Source: Hormiphora californensis (Eukaryota > Animalia > Ctenophora). From it: a stretch of DNA of 64,000 nucleotides. Every line of letters begins with the position of its first letter. Position 1 is the first letter of the stretch. The stretch lies in the NCBI GenBank assembly GCA_020137815.1, contig CM035361.1, forward strand, positions 2,046,001-2,110,000, in the 5' to 3' direction. The notes beneath the pieces are model-generated. The model was given only the letters and a program-made list of their open reading frames with translations. It was not told the DNA's origin and searched no databases. Positions 52,726-64,000 of this stretch are shown one piece after another. Position numbers and translations under genes: made by a program.

Positions 52726-54322
52726 TTTTTTTGGGGGCCCCCCCTTTTTTTTTTTTTTTTTTTTTCCCCCCCCCCCCCCCCCCCCTTCTCCTCTCTCCCC
52801 CTTCTCCCTTTCTCTACTCCCCTCCTCTTTTCCTCTTTTTTTCCCCCTTTGTCTCTCCCCCCTTTCTCTCAGCTCTCCCTTTTTTCTCTCTCACCCATCT
52901 TTCATCATGCGGGCTAAAGAATATAAAGGTTGGTAAGTGGTGGGATGGTGATAAGGATTGGGGAAAGGGGTTTCCCTTAAAATATATTAAACCCGTGATA
53001 AAGATTCGTAAAACGGGAGCTGTAGGGGGTACGTAAACTACTGCGTACGTACCTAGGGGTAAAAAGTTTTGGAAATCATGGGAACCCCAGTTGTGATGGC
53101 AGGAACCCCGAAAAATCACCACCAACAAAATGCACGTGCAGTTTACGCATTTTACCTGCCTACCCCCATAAAACCACTTATTCGCACGGGCAAAAAATGT
53201 AAATTTTTGCCGCTAGTTGCACGCTTATGGTTACCCATCATCTCACCACCCCAAAATTTCTACGGCGGCAAAATTTCAAACTTAGTGGCGCCCTAATTGG
53301 CGCCATAAATTGGCGCCAATTTTAAACATTTTGGGCCAATTTTTGTTTTCGAAAGGGCCACAGGATGATAAATTGGGCCAAAAATTGGCGCATTATTGGG
53401 CCAACGGGTTTTTGGCACCCCAATTTTTTTACAAAAATGAAAATTGGCGCAAAAAATTAGGGTCCTGGGTGGGGCCCAAATTTCCCCAAAAAAATTTGGG
53501 CCCATTTTTTTAAAGGTTCAACCCCAAATGAACCGCCAAAACCGGCGCCAAAAAGGCTTTTGGGGCCCAAAAAAAAAACCCCCCAAATCGGTTTTGGCGC
53601 CCGGATTTTTTTTTGGCATAATAATTGGCGCCAAAAAGGTTTTTTGGCGCCAAAAAAACGAAAATTGGCGCCAAAAATTGGTCACTTAGGTCATGACCCT
53701 TTTACCCCCCCCAGAGCAGTAGGGGCCACTCCCTGGTGGCGCCACTCCCGACCGCCATTGGGTGTTTTGGGGCCAAAAAATTTTTTCCATGGGCGATTTA
53801 ACCGCCAGGCGGGACTACCGCCAATGGGGCCATTTGGCGCCAGAAATGGGCCCCTTTTTGGGGATAGTGGCACTCGCCACATTTTTTCGCCCAAAAGGCG
53901 CCATTGTTCGCCAGTGGCCCTTTGGCAAATGATGGCGCCATAGGCGCCCTATGGGGCCATTTGGCCCCGGGCGACCCCCAATCTTTCATACTACCATTTA
54001 TCTTCCCCTCTCTCCCTTCTACCTCGTCACTCTGCTCCCCCGGGCCCCCTTTATCCCATAAATTTCCCCCAGAAGTTCATGAATCATGGCTTGGAAAGGT
54101 CCCTGAAAAAAAAGAAACCCATTTGGAGGTTTTTTGGGGTTTTTTTAACGGGGCCCCCCCATAACCGAACGGTAATAATAAAATGCAAAATTTCTTCACT
54201 ATTCAGTCTTCAAGACTTATCCTATCCGTTCTGCTTTAGTTTGTACCACGCTATAGTGATACAATCAATATAAGTAGTATTTCGTGGGTGTACAACATCA
54301 ATACAACTTAATTTCGGTAAAA

Positions 54323-55323
54323 TTAAATGCACTGTACATTATACTTTAAATCATTTATATTAATGATTTCTTCAAACACTTTACCATTCAAACCGGTTTT
54401 TCTTTCCTTTCTTCTCCCTTTTTCCACTTTTCTTTCCTTTATTGCCCGAATCACTCTTTTAGATAGCCTATCCTTTATTCTGTTTTTGATCTTATCTTTA
54501 ACCTCTTCTTTATCAGATCCTACCAACTTTTCCTTTATCCGGTGCCTGATCCTATCTTTTATTTCAGCCAACTTTTCGCCAACTTCTCCTAGAAAAGAGT
54601 TGAAAATTAGTCTCAAAGACGGAAATTTGATTTAATAAATGACTGATCAGAAAATGGCTAATTCGCACAACTGGGTACCATTTGATTGATTGAAATCTCC
54701 AACTTCTGTCTCTTTCTTCGATGATATCCAGATTTTTACGGCTTCCACTACTCCAATGTCTCCTATGTCTTTACCAAACTCTTCCATGAATTTATCATTG
54801 ACCTAGGTAGAAATTTGTTGGGTTAGATTGCAACCGGTTGATCGACTTTAGCCGTGACCTGAACCTGAGGTTCACGACGCTCCCCCCCCCCAGTGTCAGA
54901 ACTATGGGGATACACCGTCCATCAGGAAATCCATAGCTCTAAATATAATGGACTTGTTTTTGGTATGTCCCGACAGGAAAGAGTACTCAACAAGGTCGAA
55001 ACCCTGGAGTAGTATAGTACAAAGTGAAACAAGCAGTTTCAGAGAACTCTGAAACCGCTTGTTTCACTTTGTAGCTCTAAATTTATCTAGAAGAAAGTGG
55101 CTACCTCTCTGTACTGTCCATCGGTGAGGCAGTTAAATCGGCAGAACAATTTGCAATCCTTATCGAATTCCTGGCAGCCACACTCCTTCATGCACTCCTT
55201 GCCAACTTTGGGCATGAAAAGGGGGAACTCCTTAAGTCGTCTATCATCTTTGGGGGGTGGCTTAGCATTCAGGACTTGGATCCCAGCGACAACCAAGACT
55301 GATAGAAGTACTAGTCGGAACAT
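54323..55323 (-). CDS. Secreted protein: signal peptide, six-Cys module, acidic spacer and highly basic helical tail; 3 exons
   Basis: Exons 55105-55323 (MFRLVLLSVLVVAGIQVLNA...ECMKECGCQEFDKDCKLFCRFNCL), ~54679-54802 and 54323-~54588 splice in frame by GT-AG. Confidence 0.8.
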
Positions 55324-55359
55324 AATGCGAGAGTGGTATTGAAGGGGTCGAAATTTTGG

Positions 55360-55369
55360 TATTTATAGG
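55360..55369 (-). promoter_or_regulatory. TATA box of the secreted-protein gene
   Basis: cctataaata on the minus strand, ~40 bp upstream of the ATG at 55323. Confidence 0.6.
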
Positions 55370-55742
55370 TAGGCATTGAGCTGCAATGAGTAATTTGTTT
55401 TCTTTTGTATCTGCACGTCAGGATATTCGATTGAAACTATTTTCAGCACTTAAGGTCTTGGTATGACGTCCATTTTTTGTGGACTCATCTAATTTACTTG
55501 TTACTTCTCAACATAATAGGTAGGTTAATATTAGCGCACGGCAAGGCCTATATAATTAAAAGTTTCAGTTAGCATACGTTGGGACAAGAGGGATGACGAA
55601 AATGGATCCATTGAAATGGGGTTATGTCACATATTTACTTATCACTCAAATGACAATCATCAGTTATAGAGAATAGAGAGGGTTGAGAAGAGCAAAGTTA
55701 AGAATATAGCTTGGCAATTACATCACACGAAATTTGGAATTG

Positions 55743-58700
55743 ATGGCCAGCATTGAACCTCATGTGTGGTCATGCTTTCATTGCTGAGCACTGAGCAATT
55801 ACTAATTAAATAACCCTTTTTATCTCCCCACTAAATTAACTAATTTACTAATCACCCCCAGGATAGTTTCACGCTACGTTCCCTACTAATGATTATCGCC
55901 GGGTGTGTCTGCAATGTCGGCATATCTGCTGTGTTCAGTTCCTTTGGTGCCTACGTTCCCTACATACTCAGCTACATGAGACTTTACGATCAGTCTGTCA
56001 ACTACAGGTGACACATAAGACGATCTCTTGTTTTGTTAGATTTACAATAGAGAGGGTCGAGCAAGCTAAAAAGGCCTTTGAATCAAGGGAAAGGGTTCAG
56101 GTAAATCAGTCTGTAAACTGCAGTACAGGGGAAATTATCAAAATTCAAACTTTGGGGACTCAAAGGACTCTCTTGTTAATAAAAAGGAGAGATGGTCGAC
56201 CAAGGAAAATTATATCGATTAAATAATTAATATTTTCAGTGATATTGCAGTGCTGGTTGCCTTCAATAACGTGGCGTTTAATACACTCTCCTGGTTCTCA
56301 GGAATACTCATCAAGTGAGTGACGAGTGTTGATTTGTTGTTGTGAGTACTCAGTACAACGTAAACTACAAATTTTACAGCGAAGACTGTATCATTTACAA
56401 CTTATTTAAAGCACTGTCTTGGTTCTGTTTTCTCTATGACCCCTCTCCCCCCACTTCAGGGTTATTGGTATAAAGCAGACGGCCTTGATAGCTAACATTC
56501 TCCTTTCATTTTCGACTGCTATCTGTTACTTTGCACTACGTGACTTTTGGGCGTTAACATTTGCTACTTCTGTTCTGTCTTTTTGTGCGGGGGTTATACA
56601 AGCAACGGTTATTGGTAAGTTTGTTTCTTTGTTTATATTAGGCTGTCCAGTAAATAATTTCGTTGGGCTTTTCTGGGAAAATGGTTTAAGATAGAGCAAA
56701 ATGGACTTCACCACTGTTTTTAGCACTCGATTTTGTATCGGAATATAATGCCTGATCTATCGGAATGTGGTTGTTCTCGGTTCCCACGAGGCCTCTTTCT
56801 ATACCCCACTCTCGTTGCTGCTGCATATGGAAAATCACGATTTTCAAGTTTTAGTACTAAACCTGCTGTACTTCTTGAAAATTGTACATGAGTGATGTTT
56901 TGTTGCATCAAGCTTGTTTATTAGACAATTATCTTTCGTTTGAGATGTAATAAAAGATCCTATCTTTATTTTTCACTGAGCAAAAAATGGGCTTCTAAAA
57001 ATTTTTGGTCAAAGTTAGAAACTTTCACTTCCGGGTCTCATCAGGATTGGCTTATAATCAAAAACTCTGCAGTAAAAGTTAGTTCTAAGTCAGTTCTAAA
57101 ACTTAGTGAACCCAATTATGTGATTGGCTGACTTAAAAAGTGAGTTATTGATGTTTTCAAAAATACCCGTAAAACAGGCCCAATTTTTTTGCACTTTGAC
57201 ACTTTTTCATGTTACATTAACTGTTCTAGAGGTTATAAGTCAACACCTAGAGCCTAAAATCGCAAACATAGCTCATCCTTAGACAATTTGCTATCGATTA
57301 AGCACCATAGGAGCTAAAAAGACTGAACTAGTTTTCATAGGGCAGCGTTTAGAAAACTTTGGTAACCCCGTGCAGCAGCAACAAAAGTGGGGTAGAGAAA
57401 ATAGCCTGCTGGGAACCGAGAACAACCACATACCGATATCAGGCATTGTATTCCGATTCAAAATCGAGTGCTAAAAACAGTGGTGAAGTCCATTTTGCTC
57501 TATCTTAAACCATTTTCCCAGAAAAGCCCAACGAAATTATTTACTGGACAACCTAGTAATTATACTAAGGGGTAAAACAGTCGAGACTGAACGTCAGGTT
57601 CAGGTCACAGGGCCCACGACACCGGGGGGGCCAGGGGGGGCCGGGCCCCCCCTGGGATTTACCAAACATGGAAATTTTATTGAAATATTTCGTAGAGAAC
57701 GTAAAAAATGCATGAAAATCAGTTAAAATTCTAAAATTTTCGGGGGCTTCGCCCCCTTCAAGGCAATATATATAGAGTTTCTACGTGCCTCAAATGAGTG
57801 AAAATCGGTTAAAAAGTATAAATTTTTACCCCATTAGGAGCCTGCGGCCGCCAAACCCCCTGCCACTGCTCCTCCGGCGCCCCCTTCAAGACATACAGGT
57901 TCTACTCAAACAGAAAGAAGGTGGAGATGGACTTCTAAATGCCTAAAACGTGTGAAAATCGGATAAAAAGTTTAAAATTTTTCCGGGGGCTTCGCCCCCT
58001 AGACCCCCACCAGGGGCTTCACCCCTGGACCCCATTGGGGGCCTGCGGCCCCCAAACCCCCTGCCACTGCTCCTCCGGCGCCGCTTCGCGGCACCGTCGT
58101 CGCGTGCGTATCTCCAAAATTCCGGTGCTCCGCACCGGCCCCCCCTGGAAAAATTCCGTGTCGTGGGCCCTGGGTCATGGCTATTTACCCTGAAAATTTC
58201 CCTGAAATCTCAAGGAATAGCCGTCACTGCATGAACCCTGTGTAGAGACCTCAGCTCTCAGGGGTAAATTCACTGTTCCCCCTAACCATCCATGTATCCA
58301 ACTAATACTGTAACTAACCCCGTGTTCTAGTTGTGTGTGTAGAGTGGGGGAAGAGCTACAAGGGAATGGCAATTGGCATTATCACATTCTCAGAAAGTTT
58401 TGGTGCAACACTCTTTAGTATTTTAGGTAAAAACAAGATGAGTTCAGATTCAACTGCCTCTTTTAGCCGGCTAGGCTTATATAGCAAGTTGAAGTTCCAG
58501 CTGTCTTGTGTCTTGTGATCCTACAGCTTGGAATAACAATAACCATTCTAAATATTCCCACAGGTACTGCCATTATTAATCCTGATAACATCGGTGTGAA
58601 AGATGATGGCTATTTTGATGATCCTGACTTGTTGAACATGGTGCCGATCTTCTTCGTCGGGCTTGGAGCTGTTTCATTCATCTTCCTGGTTCCTATTTCG

Positions 58701-61700
58701 TTGTTCATTGCCATGCCCCCCTCTTCAAACAAAGGTAGTTTATCCTATATCCTAATAACTGACAACTGTGTGCCATCTCTGTTTGTTCAAAACGGAGTTT
58801 GTAGCGCCTCCAGAAACCTATAAACGTATACTACAGGGTGTCCCACTGTCTTTGCGTGACCTGCGATTGTATTTTGGTAACGAAGTTACCCCTCCCTTGC
58901 CGGCGCGCAAAGTGCACCAAACGAAGGCCGCGATGCGGCCTGAGTTAGGGGTAACAAACCCGCTTTGATTCACTTCAAAAATTAATAGCTCCTCAACCAC
59001 TCAATGAAAATGCACCAAATTTTGGTATTCCCCACCAAATTGTCTGAAAATTATAATTCTGTACTCATATTTGAAAAATTATCCCCGGAACCTTGGTTTT
59101 GAAATCAGTTTTAGGTGTTAATGATGAAAAAAATTTTTGAAAAAGTAGGTCAGGTATGCTTAACATCATATCAAAGATCGTGGCAAAGTTTGAAGTTTCT
59201 ATCTTCAAAGGTCTGGCCATCAAAATTAAAAAGGTCTTGAAGTTGAACCATTTGTACAAAACATGTTGTAACTCAGCTTCTACTTTGCCAAATTAAACCT
59301 GGTTTGAAACACTGAACTGCTAATCTATCCCTCCGAATACGGACGAAGTTTGAAACCGCCAGCTCTATTGGCCGCTCTGCAATACTTGTTTGTGTCAAAG
59401 AAATCAGGAAAGTAACGAGATTTGGTCTCGGTGTGGCCCTGTGCGCGGCTCAAACCCCTAAGCTAGAACTATGTAGTGTAGACTACAACTTTTCAGTGCT
59501 CAGTATAACGTTTTGGGCGCGTTATAAAAATAGGGCAAGCGCTTCTGATACCTCTAAACAGAGTGTGAGGTGTCTTCGATACCAAGATTGTATTATGCAA
59601 TATGTTCTAGTTCTCAAATATAATGTCCCCTATTATATCTCTCCCCTCCAGATGAGAGATCTCCATTGCTGCCCCATCACAATGACGACAGCCAATCAGA
59701 TGCCTCCTCTGAGGAAGGGACCCCTCTAAAACAGCTGATCCTTCCTCTGAACCCACCATCGCTGACATGCCATCATAAAACTAACTCGGTATGAAACAGG
59801 AACCGACCGAATCAGGAAATACTGGTCCCTGATTGGCTGATAACCAGTCACGTGACCTAAATAACGAGTTCTGATTGGTTGTTTACTTGTGTCGGTCGGT
59901 TCCTGGTATGAAACTATGAATTGTTGAGGGCTGGCCGGACTAGGTATCACTTATTTTGCTTGATCAGATCTCTCAATGTAACAAAGAAGGAATCTCCACC
60001 AGTCCACTGCACTTGAAATTTTAGTTTCTTCCCTGAAGTGACCCCATAACGTTTCCATGTGACACATCTTCTATTTGATATTATCCAGGTAGCAGCTGTT
60101 ATTCAAGTAAATGGGTATAACAGCCCAGTTAGGAAATCAAGTGATTGCAGTGCGAGCTGTAGTAGTTCAGATAACTCCAGTTTTAGTGAGATGCAGAAAG
60201 AAGAAGAAGATGGAATGCCGTGGTAAGTGTGCTGACCCGTTCAGATCGGGTGGTTACTGTTTGGCATGTTCCTTGCCTGTCAGCTCTCACACCGGGCCTT
60301 CGGCCCGGTGTGAGCTTACGCGAGCCCGAACAGACAGACTGCGTAGCATGGCAAGTTACTGTGCTAGCGGTTCATTGTTTTTGGTGAACACGGGGCAAGC
60401 TAGTGAGGGAAGGCATATTCTGCTATTCAATATCATTTTCCATGCCCATTTCTCATTCCCCTCTTTCTTTTCCTCAATCCTCTCCTCCCCATGATTGTAG
60501 GACGAGTTTATTTTGGTGTCCCGATTTCTACCTGCTGACTTTGGTATACAGCGCTATCAAAATCTGTAGAACTATTTTGAACACATATTACAAGGCTTAC
60601 GGATTTACCGTTATTCAGGGTAAGTAAATTAAGTTAATTAACTTGTTGTCTTAATTTTCTCTCTTGAGGTTCTATTGAAGAGAACAAAAAGCTTAGATCA
60701 CACCCCTAGTTTACGGCTCAGTTTCTATCCCGTCTAGAGACCATATATCATACTACTTACTAAGCAAATTGTGTGACACATGTCACCTAGCAACTACACT
60801 AAGTACAAGTCTTGCACGTGCAATTATTAGAGCAACTTAGAAACCTCACTCTCAGTTGCAGTTTTCGGTACCAAGGGCCAATTCAATTCTGCACGTGCAT
60901 TCTTTTACTTCTGTCCTGAATCCTGATGTCTAGCTCTTCCACCCCAAGCGCTATTCGGCAACGGTTATATAGGTCCAGAAGATCTGCTGCTGTCAGGGAG
61001 CAGGCTAGAGAATATGACAGATTACGCCAACGTGTTCAAGCGAGCCAATCAACGGACAACGACTACGGATAGCTTTACCCAACGTCGCCCAAGGGTGATT
61101 ACTCCAGTCGAATATAGAAATCTCCGAATCGGCTACATAGCGGCGAAGTTTTCACGTGATGAGTTTCTGGAACAGCACTGCACCTCCATGACATTGATCT
61201 CTTAAATTCGCACCTTGACATTGTCAGGAAGCCCAGAGCGTACAGTACAACATGGGTAGGGAAAAAATGAGAGATAGGCTAGGAACGGATGGTGCATGTT
61301 ATGTCAGCGTTCCCTAATCCAGCTACCATTTCCCCAAAATTCGCCCGTAGGGCGAACGGGCCTACTAGTATATAGAAATTAAAATCGTGCAGGGTTTATC
61401 TTTCCAACCTGTTATACACTATCTATTCCTTGGTGACATAGACACCTGGGTCGCGCCAGGTGTCTATGTAACCAAATCTATTCCCAGATAATGCACTTTA
61501 CCAACGCTATCTCTTCAGATGACAGGTTCCTTACTGAAATGATAGTAGCTGGAAATATAGTGACAGCACTGTCACGGTTGCTATGGGGATGGCTAGCAGA
61601 TAGGGTTGGTAGCAAGTATTTGATACTCAGTGCTACACTCCTAGGAACACTCAGCATCCAGGCTAACTATTGGTCTCTATTTAGGTAATTGAATAGTATT

Positions 61701-62298
61701 CCTGAACAGTACTGAATGAATAGTATTCCTGAACAGTACTGAATGTTGGTGACATAGACACCTGGCGCGACCCTGTGCGCGGGGGTCGCGCCAGGTGTCT
61801 ATAATGTCACCAATACTGAATGAATACTCGCATTGAATTGAACCTGTACGACGGGTATTGATCACCGACTGTTCAACGGTACGGAAATGCTATCACTAGA
61901 TTCGTGCATTTGTTCCGAAGATCACGAATTCGATTCACATGTTGTGTTTAATTTAGTTAATTGATTAATTACTTCCTGACAACTCGCCCATACATTTCAG
62001 TGCGTCAAATCCGGAGATGCTTTATCTGATAACATATTGCAACACATGCCTAGTATTCGCCTCCCAACTCCTCTTCACGACCTCCATCTACGCCTATTTC
62101 GGAAAACGTGATTTCGGGGTAAAATACGGTTTAGTTCGGGCGGGCCCGGGGTTAGCGGTTCTTGCTTTTGGTATGATGATGAAGACAGTTGAGATTTTTA
62201 AATCGTGGTCCGGGATTTATCACGGCATGACGGGTTTGTGTATTGGGGCAGGACTTCTGACAGTGTTCTTGACTAATCATCGGATTGTGAGACGGTGA
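55743..62298 (+). CDS. MFS transporter, oxalate:formate antiporter (OFA)-like, ~11 exons
   Basis: Spliced exons give FGAYVPYILSYMR, CVEWGKSYKGMAIGII..SFGATLFSILGTAIINPDN..DGYFDDPDLLNMVP, FWCPDFYLL..YYKAYGFTVIQDDRFL..ALSRLLWGWLADRVGSK and YFGKRDFGVKYGLV. There are multiple hydrophobic helices. The start exon (55743-55763) is tentative. Confidence 0.88.
56641..57553. mobile_element. 913-bp TIR element with ~190-bp inverted arms
   Basis: ggctgtccagtaaataatttcgttgggc is mirrored by gcccaacgaaattatttactggacaacc, flanked by TA. Confidence 0.88.
57608..58172. mobile_element. 565-bp GC-rich MITE
   Basis: TIR cagggcccacgacac/gtgtcgtgggccctg, flanking duplication ggtca, and internal ggggcttcgcccc hairpins. 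Confidence 0.88.
59797..59905. mobile_element. 109-bp hAT-like MITE with 8-bp TSD
   Basis: gtatgaaa|caggaaccgaccga...tcggtcggttcctg|gtatgaaa. Confidence 0.93.
60748..61368 (+). mobile_element. Non-autonomous Helitron (621 bp)
   Basis: A|TCATACTA...ttcgcccgtagggcgaacgggcctaCTAG|T. The termini match 25462-26179. Confidence 0.88.
61430..61475. mobile_element. 46-bp Mutator-like mini-MITE, 9-bp TSD
   Basis: atctattcc|ttggtgacatagacacctgggtcgcgccaggtgtctatgtaaccaa|atctattcc. Confidence 0.9.
61746..61813. mobile_element. 68-bp Mutator-like mini-MITE, 9-bp TSD
   Basis: tactgaatg|ttggtgacatagacacctgg...ccaggtgtctataatgtcaccaa|tactgaatg. Confidence 0.9.
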
Positions 62299-62310
62299 TC
62301 AAGAGAGCGC

Positions 62311-62442
62311 TGACAGTGAGCTCAGATCGGGTCGGCGTCGACAGTGAGCTCAGATCGGGTCGGTGCCGACAGTGAGATCGGGTCGGCGTCGACAGTGAGC
62401 TCAGATCGGGTCGGCGTCGACAGTGAGATCGGGTCGGCGCCG
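62311..62442. repeat. 23-28-bp tandem repeat in the MFS gene 3' UTR
   Basis: Variants of gacagtgagctcagatcgggtcggcgtc, 5 units. Confidence 0.9.
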
Positions 62443-62826
62443 GCAGGCAGCTGGTGGTATGAGGCTTTTGGGTGAGCATGAGGGGGAGAGAGACTGGGAG
62501 AAAGAAAGAATGATGGAGAGTAAGAGAGAGAGCGAAATTGATAAGATGTGAAACTCTATTTTATATTATTAAATTTGGGTTTATTTTGTTTGAAATTAAT
62601 TTCATTTTGGAACATTTTGAATCAGTTGTTTTGTTTTATACGGGCTATTGAGGCAAATTCTTTTCAAACGTGGACTCACTGGACAGCTTAGTGAAAATTT
62701 AATTGACCATCTGGTTGAGTTATATTGGCCTGAAGATAAATCAAAATTAATTAGCACCTATTTCAGAAATGACAGATGGTTCCGCTAAAATCTCAAAACG
62801 AAGATCCATTCTCCATTTCTCTGAAG

Positions 62827-63435
62827 ATGTTTCGTTGCACAGCTTTGCTAGCGATCTCCGCTCTTATTTTCATCATGACAGGTATATTAGCTCTCGACGT
62901 AGACCAAATAATGTTCCGGGCTGTAACGCGACGAAACTGTCCCCATATTTGGCAGTTATGCAGCAAATGAGAAATTTAAAAAACTGTTCTGAAAATCTGA
63001 AATGTTGACTAGAATATTGTTGCCGCAGGGGGAGTATCGGGAGCATGTTATTGGGATGAATACCCCTGCGATGATATCAGTGCCTGTAATTACGGGTGTA
63101 TGGATGGCTACTGCTGGAGTCAATGCGGAGGTAAAATTATATTGTGGATAATAAATGATTGGTTGCAGACAATTGTTCGTGCAGACTGCAGAGAGGATTA
63201 ATTTGGTTGTCTTAGAATTAAGTTCTCCAACCTAATGTTGTATTAGTTTGTTGAGTACTCAACAAGTATTAGTGGTAGTACCGGTACCTTCTTCCATCCT
63301 GCCTTCCCCTACAAAAACTTCTAACGATTCTTTTATTTTAGGAGCCTGTGCATTCTTTGAGAACAGAAGGAAGTGTTTCAACCTTCCCGGGTGTGCAGAA
63401 TGGTGCTGGCTGGAGAAAGATAACGACTATTACAA
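62827..63435 (+). CDS. Small secreted Cys/Trp-rich protein, continues beyond the window
   Basis: Exons 62827-62881, 63029-63130 and 63342-63435 give MFRCTALLAISALIFIMTGGVSGACYWDEYPCDDISACNYGCMDGYCWSQCGGACAFFENRRKCFNLPGCAEWCWLEKDNDYY. Confidence 0.8.
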
Positions 63436-63454
63436 GTAAGGGATGGGGAAGACA

Positions 63455-64000
<546 letters not shown>

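Larger units (their letters stand above)
47606..53970. mobile_element. Composite foldback/satellite complex built from GGCGCC-centred modules
   Basis: Very many TGGCGCCA/GTCGCCA units occur in nested inverted blocks: 47770-47900 vs 49830-49960, 48455-49330 vs 49330-49720, 50050-50310 vs 51170-51380, 51380-51720 vs 53280-53705, and 47630-47750 vs 53820-53970. Confidence 0.85.

Noticed and set aside
52640-52880. Poly-C/poly-T/poly-G tracts and their Pro/Phe-rich ORFs
   Set aside because: They look like low-quality base calls within a degraded copy of the foldback arm.
60286-60314. 13-bp GC hairpin as a terminator or ncRNA
   Set aside because: It is intronic and eukaryotic, has no U-tract, and resembles the terminal hairpins of rolling-circle-type repeats.

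Overview
This is AT-rich, intron-rich animal genomic DNA, very probably a cydippid ctenophore (Pleurobrachia-like). That call rests on recalled ctenophore-type repeats and protein domains, not on a search. About 11 spliced host genes can be reconstructed by eye. Minus strand: a C2orf81-like protein fused to tandem dynein microtubule-binding-domain-like repeats, and a DYDC/DPY-30 protein. Plus strand: a tight run of class-3 (DAGL-like) lipase, syntaxin-5, a greatly elongated ACBD3 and IMPACT. Further on: a secreted Sushi-domain protein, an unknown low-complexity protein, two small Cys-rich secreted proteins and an OFA-type MFS transporter. Introns and intergenic DNA hold an L2-group LINE with intact ORF2, a CR1-group LINE whose ORF1 region encodes an AlkB-type 2OG-Fe(II) dioxygenase (the top finding), two non-autonomous Helitrons, many palindromic MITEs (some only 46-71 bp), a 6.4-kb GGCGCC foldback/satellite complex and minisatellites. 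Many of the minisatellites are built from duplicated 3' splice sites. Stretches at ~8980-9300, ~21000-22300 and ~52600-54200 look like low-quality consensus, so frameshifts there should be treated cautiously. All exon models were read manually and need RNA-seq confirmation.
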